Below, in pieces: positions 55,751 through 64,000 of a stretch of 64,000 nucleotides of DNA. A program made the position numbers and the translations under genes. The number at the start of each line of letters is the position of its first letter. The stretch's first letter is position 1. A model generated the notes under the pieces. It did no database searches. It worked only from the letters and a program-made list of their open reading frames with translations, and had not been told where the DNA came from. The stretch is from Macrostomum lignano. Taxonomy: Eukaryota. The stretch is from the NCBI GenBank assembly GCA_002269645.1, contig NIVC01000629.1, positions 438,390 through 502,389 of the forward strand, given 5' to 3'.

Positions 55751-57092
55751 ACTCAGCTGCCAAGCATGTGACAAAGGTTTAACATAGAATATCTCATATG
55801 AAATGAACTGAAAGGCAAAGACTGATAGCTAAATTTAATAGAAAAACGTGTTAGAATTGAATTGCTTGTGAAGTGATTTAGCTTTTTTCGTTGTTTTATT
55901 TTCATTTTCACATCATTTTAAACTTTAGGCTTTAGAAGATAGCAAATTACTGTAAAAAGAATGAAGTTTCGAGACTGACAGTAAACTGTTATAACTAAAT
56001 ATTTTGCTTGCTTATCAAACACACCAAAATATGATGAATAATTTAAAGAAGCTTTCATTTCTATAAATTGTAAAAATGGCAAACGTGGAGGTTAAAGAAT
56101 AGACACAGTAAAATACTCGTAGAAAACACTTTTTAGAACAAAACTATGAAAATTGAAAATATAAGGTTGAACCAAAACTGAATGAAAATTGTTTTTAAAA
56201 AATAAATGTTTAAAACGGGCCATACTACTTTCAGTAACAAAAATTGAAATTAATGACAAGACTATCGTTTTTTACTCCCGAGTTCTCGATATATACTACT
56301 AACTGCAAGCCAATGCAAACCAGTCCTTAAAGAGTAGTTACTCGTACTACAAATTGAGACAAATGTCAATGCCTCAATTTGTCTATGGCCAAACCCATTC
56401 AGTGCTTTGCGTTCTCTAAGAGTGTTTTTTCGGTGAAGCCTCCTATAGTGTCGAGTTCTTTTCGTATCGTTTCCCAATCTAGTTCAACAAAACCTCCCAA
56501 TATGAAATTTCCTCATTCCATTCCATCTTTAGAGCACAACCAAAAGTTTCTATTTTTACGCAAGCTTTATTCAGTCATTTGGGCAACATTCTTCAATCTG
56601 TACGAGTACTTCTAATGCGCAACACAAGAGACAACCTTAATGTGTGAAAATCTCAAGCAGTCACCGAATATTCAACTTGGCACTTTAGGTCAACTTCAGC
56701 CTTCGCTCTTTGATTTTATTTCAGCCTATCTCTTTTTGGCCTGTTTATTAGATAAGTTTTAAGAAATTTCTGCTCGATTGTACATATTTTGACTGCTTTC
56801 AATTAGAAGAAGTACATAAAGAAAAGTGTTATGACTATGCTGTCGAAATAGTATTATGCTTGTATAGTTTAGATTTGAGCTTTGCCCCAATTCCTTACTT
56901 CTCCTTCCTGTCTAAATGGAAATGTTAAATATGGTGTTCTAAAATGGAATGACGCAATTTCAGTTTTCTGTACTACTTAAGTTTTTCAGCTCTCTGTCTG
57001 GTCTGGTAATGTCTGGTAATGATCAAATTAAGAAAAAACTGACTTAATTGCTGTTGTTTAAAACTCGCCTTAACTCGAATACAATACAGCCG

Positions 57093-57691
57093 TCACTGCG
57101 TGAACTTTATAGTCGTGAACACTCGATAGACAGGCAAAATTTGGTCCGGATTCGAAATCACCAGCATATTGGAGTAGTCGGAACTGCTGTCCCTAACTCG
57201 GACACAGTCGTACTCGGCCGGTTTATTAGGAGGCGGAGGATAATCCACTTCTCGACCTGGCAGCACTCTGCACAGCAACAAGGCATCTCCGTAATCCTTG
57301 GAGATATGCGTGAACTCGGAGAAATAAATGCCTCTACGTAGGCCTGGCGGGTGCACTTGTCCAGACGGAAGTTCTCCTTGAAGATCTGGTCGGCGCTGTT
57401 CCTGTTAGTACCGTGAAAGGCGTACACCCAGCAATCGCTGTTGTACTTATTGCGAAATTCTTCCTGCTTTGCTTTGAACTTTTGCTCGAGCTGGGCATTT
57501 CGATTGACCCACACCTCTGTGATGCTGCCCAGCGATTTGATGGTGCCGTCGATTCGCAAGTACTCCGACTGTACGGAGGCAAAGTGAAGAGCTTTGCAGC
57601 TGTCGCTGTCCGTCTTGTACCTGTCTGGCCTGATTTTCAATACGTGATTCTCTGCGCTAGGCGGCAAAGACATCACAGCAGTTCTGCAAGG
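57093..57691 (-). CDS. Second PARP-like ADP-ribosyltransferase domain (ART2), probably the C-terminus of the ZNFX1-like protein; 1-nt frameshift at ~57337
   Basis: Motifs: ITEVWVNRNAQLEQKF, YAFHGT, then (one G restored) QAYGRGIYFSE, LLLCRVLPG, NMLVISNPDQILPVY. Stop TGA at 57093-57095. Confidence 0.82.
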
Positions 57692-60600
57692 TTTGAATAG
57701 TGAATGACGTATTGAGGCACGGCTTGACGAGGATCAAAGATCACGTATTCATCAAAGAGGACACCGCCGGTAGATTTGGTGTTGCGCGGAGCGAAGAGCG
57801 AATCGTAGCCAATCTTTTTTAAATCCGCGTGCGACTTGTACATTTGTGTTGCCGAAGTAACTTTCAAGGTTCGTCCAATAAGCACTTCACAAAGCAGTAG
57901 CATGTTCGAGCCCTTCGTGTAGATCTGCTGGCTGCTCTTAGACGAATTGGTGGCAAAGTAAATTCCAGGACCGTACATTCCAGCCTTGGAAGGCAGTTTA
58001 AAGCCGTCAGTTACAATGCTATGCAGTGCGTTAGCAGAGGTACCATGAAACTTCTTCTCGCTTCGTCGTGGATCAGCCGCGCACTTGGCTTTGAAGTCCA
58101 GAAACTGCAGAGTTAGCTTTGAATTTTCGATTTTCTCTATTTTCGTAATAGCTGGATGCCATCCGTGCTCTGACTGAATGAACTTCATAACTCGATCGTG
58201 CACATCAAGGTACTCATCGCAGTAATCACCATCGCAGCTTATAGTCTTAACACTTGAAGGTAAGTCTTTCATCGCTCTGATTTTTTTCAGCTCTTCAAAA
58301 GCGTTTCTTCGAATAGCCTGTTGCAGCTCAAGTAGCTGTTTTTTCTCGATTTCTGATTGAATACTGGCACAGACTTTACACTTCTCTGAATTGCACGGCT
58401 GATAGCACTGCAGCAGACATTTGTGACCACATCCCTCTAGCTGCTTGTTGCAAATCTTCTTGCATTTGACTTGACTCTCCGGGATAGAGCATTCGATTTC
58501 AGCGGGATGAGCGCACGGCAGTATAAGCTTGATTTTTACTTGACAAGCGATAGACGCGCAGTCAGCGGAGCAGGTGCCCGGGCAGCTGTGACCGCAAGCA
58601 AGTTTACGCTCGCACTTGGCATCGCACACGAATTGCTGGTCGCTCATGCAGCAGGGTACTTTAATGCTATGCTCACAGTTTGGATATTTAACAGTTGTTT
58701 GGACAAAGCACGGTTTAAGCTTGCAATCTTCACCGCACTTCAGTGTGCAGGGATGATTACATGGCAGCTTTCGGCTGCACGGTTGCTGACATGTCATTAC
58801 GTCTCTGTTTTCGCAACACTGAGTATTGATTGTGTGCCCACAAGGAAATCGGTGCGGAACTTTTTCCTTACACGGACGACTGGAGCAGAGCTCGAAGCAC
58901 TTCAGAAGACATTTGTGACCGCAGTTTAAAAGTCTCTCGCATTTTTCGTGACATTTATAAAAACTATCTGGCATTCCGCACTCCTTCAATATCTCGTGTG
59001 AACACTCGGTAAACTTCATAGAAACTTTCGTCTTGCAGGTTTTCACACCGATTGGCTCACTGCAAAACTTCGTATCATTATGGTTGCACAACGGATGAAC
59101 GAATGGAACAACGACCTTGCAATTGTCGTGCTCTTGATCGTGCGGTGGCTGACAAGGAAGCAAGCACGAATGAATGCCGCAAGACATTTGAATGCCGCAA
59201 ACCTCCAAGCAGAATGGCGACATAGTGGGAATTTGATCGAAGCTCTCTGATTGCACGACACTTTGCGCATGATTAGGGCAGCGCAGTGAAATCTTTGATC
59301 CGATGCAGTTCGAGCCCTTCATCGCATCAATTAGAGGTCGCCAGACTTTTCCATTCGGACTGTCGTAGATACAGTCAGCATTGCCAATGAAGACCATGAC
59401 CAACCTGGCTCTGGATTGAGCCACGCAGCGTCGATTGAGCGTTTTAAGAAAGCCGATGTTGTTGGAAGGATTCGAGCGAACTAGTGACACGATAACTATG
59501 TCATTTTCGTCACCTTGATACAGATCGATTGTGAAAATCTTCACGGACAAGTCAGCTTCAGTGACGACAGTGTTGGATTGTTCCGTTGGCGATTCAGTTA
59601 ACTCTAGATCTTCGCAGTTCCGTTTCGAACGATGTTGAATTAGAATACGCAGGAAGTCGGATTTGGCTAAGAAGTCCTTAAAAAGGTTTCGGATTAGACC
59701 AGTTTGGCGTCTGTAGGCTGATAATATTGTGATTCGATCGGGATCGCAGCCTTGGAGGATGAGAAACATAGCGAGGCGGACGCAGCGCTGCGCCTCTTCC
59801 ATGTTAGTCGCTCCATGGCCACCGGAGGTGGATTCAAGCTCTCGGTGCGTCCAGAAAAACGTGGGCACAGTGAAGCACCTAGGCTGGAGATCTCGTGAAA
59901 CAACTTCTAGATTGTCGCGCAAGTTCGGATATATATCTCTTAGTAGAATACTGAGCTCCGGCTTCATGCGGCTCTGCAGCTCCAGTTGGTCGTACTTAAT
60001 GCCATTGGCAATGAGCCGCTCCATCATCGACACGTCTAGATGGTAATCCTTTGCCAATTTGTAGCTCTCAGTCTGCGGCCTGAGCTGCTTGTGGTCCCCG
60101 ATCAAAATCAGTTGCTCCGTTCTGTGCCCAAAGCAGGCAAGTAGATGCGGCTCGGATACCTCGGCCGCCTCTTCTACAAGCAGCACTCCTGGCTGTACAA
60201 GGTCGAGCAGCTCTCTGTGAATTGAGGCGCCCGTGATGGTCATGCCGATAATGCGCCTGCGCCGAAGTATTGAAGCGTCCGCTTTTACTTCAAGCAGTCT
60301 CTTTTCACTTTCGAGTCGCTGAATAGTGTCGAACTGCTCTTTAATGTCACTTCGGATTTTGCTGATTGCCTTGTACAGGGCCTGTTGAAAGTACAGCAGC
60401 TGTTCAGTTGGCGACAGCCTTGTTGGATTCCGCCGGCTCAACTGAGCAATCACGCCAGAGTTGCAACAATTCTCAATTCCTGGATCATGAAGAATTTGGG
60501 AACCATTGGTGTTGTCAAGGTTGATTCTGTCTATTAAATTGGACTTGCCGCCACGCTCAGTTTGAGAGTCTCTGCTCGCCAATGATGCCAGAATCTGGTT

Positions 60601-61317
60601 TTCTCTCTCCTTAACTTCTTCCTCCTCGGCATCGTCTAAAGACGCCTTGGCAACTGTTTTTGCTGGCTGAGAACTAGAGTTAGAACATGATGGGGCTGCT
60701 GGAACGTTGGTATGAACAGAACTTTTCTGCGCTTTCTTTTGGTTAGCCTCCAGCTGATCCTTGATGGCAGGCATTGAATGGTCAACGCAAGCTGCGAGAG
60801 CGGCGAGCACTTTGGCGTCAGAGCGGATTAGATCATGCAGTTCATCTTTAGACGCACGCTTAAATTTTTCTTCAACCTCCAACTCTTCTGGCGTCATTTG
60901 CTTAATAGACGATTTTCGATTTCTATGCCTGACAAGTTCAGCCAAGTATGTCTCGTTGCATTCATCCATAATGGCTACTGCTGGGTGAGAGAAGAGGCAG
61001 TCCAGCTCCTTCACACTGTCTTTAAATTTGGCCCAAGCTTCTTCAATCTCAGAGCTGATGGTTCGCAGAGACTTTGCTCTTCCTCGATCCGGGCACTTCC
61101 GCCGCAATTCAATCAAGTTTAAATGCTCCAGCCTAAGATCCTTGCATCTACCGCCGATTCTGACAATGTCCTCTTGGTGTTCTGGAAGCAAGTGAGACAG
61201 AAATTCGTCCAAAGCGTGATTCTTGTAGCACAGAACCAGAATCGGCCGATCCTTGAGTACGTCGAGCTCAAGCAGCTGACGGGCTATGAGAACTCCAAGC
61301 AGAGTCTTGCCAGTGCC
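57673..61317 (-). CDS. znfx1: ZNFX1-like Upf1/SF1 helicase + NF-X1-type Zn fingers + coiled coil + PARP catalytic domain (ART1)
   Basis: Helicase motifs GTGKT, CYKNHALD, IIGMTITGA, VEEAAE, IGDHKQLRP, QSRM, SAYRRQ, TIDLYQGDENDIVIVSLVRSN, NRRCVAQSRAR (~61340-59330). Repeated C-x3-L-x-C-G-H-x-C fingers at ~59280-58370. PARP motifs FHGT / GMYGPGIYFA / LLLCEVLIG / DEYVIFDPRQAVPQYVIHY at ~58230-57700. Confidence 0.92.
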   Translation of the reverse strand, partial: GTGKTLLGVLIARQLLELDVLKDRPILVLCYKNHALDEFLSHLLPEHQEDIVRIGGRCKDLRLEHLNLIELRRKCPDRGRAKSLRTISSEIEEAWAKFKDSVKELDCLFSHPAVAIMDECNETYLAELVRHRNRKSSIKQMTPEELEVEEKFKRASKDELHDLIRSDAKVLAALAACVDHSMPAIKDQLEANQKKAQKSSVHTNVPAAPSCSNSSSQPAKTVAKASLDDAEEEEVKERENQILASLASRDSQTERGGKSNLIDRINLDNTNGSQILHDPGIENCCNSGVIAQLSRRNPTRLSPTEQLLYFQQALYKAISKIRSDIKEQFDTIQRLESEKRLLEVKADASILRRRRIIGMTITGASIHRELLDLVQPGVLLVEEAAEVSEPHLLACFGHRTEQLILIGDHKQLRPQTESYKLAKDYHLDVSMMERLIANGIKYDQLELQSRMKPELSILLRDIYPNLRDNLEVVSRDLQPRCFTVPTFFWTHRELESTSGGHGATNMEEAQRCVRLAMFLILQGCDPDRITILSAYRRQTGLIRNLFKDFLAKSDFLRILIQHRSKRNCEDLELTESPTEQSNTVVTEADLSVKIFTIDLYQGDENDIVIVSLVRSNPSNNIGFLKTLNRRCVAQSRARLVMVFIGNADCIYDSPNGKVWRPLIDAMKGSNCIGSKISLRCPNHAQSVVQSESFDQIPTMSPFCLEVCGIQMSCGIHSCLLPCQPPHDQEHDNCKVVVPFVHPLCNHNDTKFCSEPIGVKTCKTKVSMKFTECSHEILKECGMPDSFYKCHEKCERLLNCGHKCLLKCFELCSSRPCKEKVPHRFPCGHTINTQCCENRDVMTCQQPCSRKLPCNHPCTLKCGEDCKLKPCFVQTTVKYPNCEHSIKVPCCMSDQQFVCDAKCERKLACGHSCPGTCSADCASIACQVKIKLILPCAHPAEIECSIPESQVKCKKICNKQLEGCGHKCLLQCYQPCNSEKCKVCASIQSEIEKKQLLELQQAIRRNAFEELKKIRAMKDLPSSVKTISCDGDYCDEYLDVHDRVMKFIQSEHGWHPAITKIEKIENSKLTLQFLDFKAKCAADPRRSEKKFHGTSANALHSIVTDGFKLPSKAGMYGPGIYFATNSSKSSQQIYTKGSNMLLLCEVLIGRTLKVTSATQMYKSHADLKKIGYDSLFAPRNTKSTGGVLFDEYVIFDPRQAVPQYVIHYSNLAELL

Positions 61318-62034
61318 GGCGGACCCTGACACACGTAGATTCGCCTGTGCAAAGCGTTTTCAAATGCGCTGGTCTGGCACACGTCCAGTTTCAGACTGCC
61401 AGTAGAAATGAACGGCAACTTTTCAGCGCAGTAGTCAACATCGTCTGGATCGCCTTCATAGTGCCGCTTCACGTACAAAGGCTGAGCGTCGGCCGCCGTC
61501 ATGTCGCCAAACACCAGCGAATCAGCAAACGGAAACCTCTCCGCGTCAAAGCATTTCAGACTCTCCAGAACCGGTTCGAACGCGCGGAACATAGTTGGCG
61601 ATTCGAGCATAATTAAACCGTTAGAAGCGCGAGTTGAGTTTAGCATAAGACTGACTAGCACATCCCCAGCCGAGGTGTCCGGGCTGCACATGTACTGGCA
61701 CAGGTCGAGCCACACTAGCCGGCTGCTGTTCAGATCCTGGCTGTCCCTGTCAGCTACTGTGGCCCAGTACTGCTCAGAGAATCGCTCACTGGTTGCTAGG
61801 CACAGAAGATTACCAGTCATTAGTCGCATAGACTTTGCCCAATTACTAGGCGCGTGGTCGGAATCTCGCAGCTCAAATGTTACGCCAATGCTGCAAGAGC
61901 CACTCTTGCTTAGCTTAACAGATTTAACCTTCACGTTGCAGTACACTCTGATGTCCTCATTCCGGATCTCACTGCCCGACTTCACCTGCTCCATGCACTC
62001 GTAGAATTTTTCAAAGCAGTCTGCTCGCAACAGC
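61318..62034 (-). CDS. znfx1: ZNFX1-like pre-helicase region (start of the large exon)
   Basis: Acceptor CTTGTTTTCAG|G at 62035/62034. Encodes RLLRADCF, WAKSMRLMTGNLLCL, LESPTMFRAFEPVL, FPF, LDVCQTSAFENAL. Restoring one G at 61316-61317 gives the Walker A QGPPGTGKT. Confidence 0.88.
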
Positions 62035-62292
62035 CTGAAAACAAGGTGCGAAAAGTGGAAGTGGGTGTTTAGTAATTTTAACAGTAGGAATACCAAGCTA
62101 TTTTTCTTCCCGTCCAACTACCATGCTCCTTGACAATATTTTTGCTGAGCCGGAACACACGAAAGGCACTCGAAATTCAAGAAAACTGGCTAAATATATG
62201 TTGCACACCTTCTCAAACTAGAATCAAGTCGCCAGCTCTCTGCATCGTCGAGATATTCAACGATTCTGCCAAAATGTCGGATTTTTCGTGAA

Positions 62293-62539
62293 CGTCGACC
62301 TTGTGTCTGCATCAGCTGACTTAGTTGGTCAGTGGCCACAGTCATTCACCCAGACGGAGTTTCTGGACCATCAACAGTTGGCAGCAGGTGACTATGGACA
62401 CCATATTTCAAATTTCTGTGATGTCTCTGATCAAGCCTCGACTGCTAGGTATCCTCAATTAGTCTCTCAGACATTCAGTCGTCATCCAGATGCCAATAAC
62501 CAACGAAGTCAGAGCTGATGCAGACACATGCTGTCGACG
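62293..62539. mobile_element. MITE-like element A (~35-bp terminal inverted repeats)
   Basis: Left CGTCGACCTTGTGTCTGCATCAGCTGACTTAGTTGG; right CCAACGAAGTCAGAGCTGATGCAGACACATGCTGTCGACG. Confidence 0.6.
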
Positions 62540-62562
62540 CGGTGTTGAATTAGGGGGTCCAT

Positions 62563-63039
62563 GAGAATTGCCCGCCGAGGTTTGCATTTCGCCACGCGGC
62601 AGATTCTGTCTGCATCCCCCCCCCAATGTTTAGTAATTCTTAATAAAGAGATTTACCCGATGAAAACGCTTAGATAGCAACTGCATATCAAATTATGTTT
62701 TTCTTGTAAGTATTCAGTTCTATACATATACAGAACTGTACATCTGTGAGCTATTGGTTCATGCATATGCCATGTCACTTCCCCCCCCCAAATCTCTTTA
62801 TTAAGACTTACGCGGTACTAAGAATTGGGGGGGGGAGGCAATGCAAAAAAATCTGCCGCATGGCAAAATGCACTGTAGAAAAAAAGCATTGCGCAAACCT
62901 CGGTGAGCAATTCGCTCGCGGGCAAAGTGCACTTGCGGGCAAAGTGCACTTGCGGGAAAATTGCACTGCGGGCAATTCGGTCACGGGCAAAATGCACTTC
63001 GGCCAAATCTCAACGGTAGAAGCTCGGCGGGCAAATCTC
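62563..63039. mobile_element. MITE-like element B (17-bp TIR GAGA(A/T)TTGCCCGCCGAG, subterminal GCGGGCAAAGTGCACTT repeats)
   Basis: The TIRs are at 62563-62579 and 63023-63039, with short tandem repeats at ~62918-63000. Confidence 0.6.
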
Positions 63040-63524
63040 GAAGGCCGCACCGAGGCGCCGTGCTAGAATACACTAGCGCTTATCGGAAAAATTAGACTTT
63101 CGGGCAGAATCGTTGAATATCTCGACGGTGCAGAGACTTGATTGTTGTTTGAGACGGTGCGCAACAATTATTTAGCCTGTGTCCTTGAATTTCGTAGTTC
63201 TACTGTTAATCAGTCAGATCAAGGCTCCGACCTAATAGTGTGACACTACTTCGCAAATACTAATCTCAATACATTAAAAATCCAGAACTCAACGTGGAAT
63301 CCAAGCCTACAGATAGGTCCCGATTCCGAAATCGCAGAGTTTAAACAGCTGAACCAGGTGTCGCAGCGTTCACGCTGAGCTGCTCTGGTCCAATTACAGA
63401 GCTTTTTAAAGACCTACGTATCCAGCTCTCAAGTCTCAGAAATTGGTCTTAAAATAGCTCATAAAAGATTGTCAAGATCTCAAGAACCCTGATCCCACAA
63501 TGTCTGAATCCACAAAAAACCTAC

Positions 63525-63881
63525 CTGAACATAGTCTCGAAGTAGTCCTCCACGGACTGGTACGTCCTTGGATCCTCGCAGGTTGCAAGACCGGTCAGCA
63601 TGGACTTCCTGCCCGCCGACACCTCCTCGCTGTGGGCGCGATGCTGATGGACCTCCGGCCACCAGGTCGGAGCTCTGCCACCGCCGTCAACAAATCCAAC
63701 AACAGGCTGTTGCTAGGCGCAGTGGCTCCTTTTAGTAACGGCAGCAGGCGAGCCAAACAGCCGGTCCTGGGCAAGGAGGCTTCGAGCAAATTCGACTACG
63801 ATTCGGCGATGAGACATCGGAGCGTCTGGAGACTGGGCTGCATCGGCTGCACCAGCGCAACAGCAGGCGAGACAATGCCTT
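63525..63881 (-). CDS. znfx1: Upstream ZNFX1-like exon (contains at least one indel; gene probably continues beyond the window)
   Basis: Ends SISIAPTA(+G)EEV...TYQSVEDYFETMF-AG|GTAGG. The phase-2 splice to 62034 rebuilds YFETMFRLLRADCF, which matches the ZNFX1 Y-x-S-V-x-x-Y...FRLLREDF motif. Acceptor ACTTTGCAG| at 63882. The frame of the 5' half is unresolved. Confidence 0.75.
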
Positions 63882-64000
63882 CTGCAAAGTAGTACAAAGT
63901 AGTAGCTATTGTTTAGAGGGGCAGGAGAGGCCTGAGAGACCTATGATAGGGGTAGCAGTCGGTCAGAACCGGAACATGAACACATGAGGGTCCATGAAAG

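Larger units (their letters stand above)
62168..63198. mobile_element. Outer ~120-bp imperfect inverted repeat (62168-62288 / 63083-63198) enclosing two MITE-like elements
   Basis: CGAAATTCAAG...GCTAAATA...TCTCAAAC...TCGAGATATTCAACGATTCTGCC on the left matches the reverse complement of the right arm. Confidence 0.7.

Noticed and set aside
62035-62117. ORF-track N-terminus MDGKKNSLVFLLLKLLNTHFHFSHLVF
   Set aside because: It begins at TTG and is the branch point/polypyrimidine tract of the intron. The exon at 63525-63881 supplies the conserved residues.

Overview
This is animal (invertebrate) genomic DNA. The repeat style suggests a free-living flatworm such as Macrostomum, but that is inference only. 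About a third of the window is tandem repeat. Three spliced genes can be reconstructed. (1) A 3-exon secreted, probably GPI-anchored GlpQ-type glycerophosphodiester phosphodiesterase (+, 11442-14532). (2) A 3-exon, 7-EC delta-like protocadherin (-, 20839-15791). (3) A 5'-incomplete ZNFX1-like SF1 helicase with NF-X1 zinc fingers (-, 63881-57093), whose C-terminus is an H-Y-E PARP/ART domain followed by a second, H-Y-M ART domain; this is the most striking system in the window. Five coding frameshifts in the two minus-strand genes are each repaired by restoring one base to a short run, which suggests long-read deletion errors. Other elements: about 15.5 apparently identical copies of a 272-bp unit inside a (GATA)n tract with a fold-back junction, a decayed Penelope-like RT flanked by one minisatellite, nested inverted-repeat/MITE-like elements in the ZNFX1 intron, and a ~36-kb stretch without recognisable genes that holds about 19 unrelated tandem arrays.
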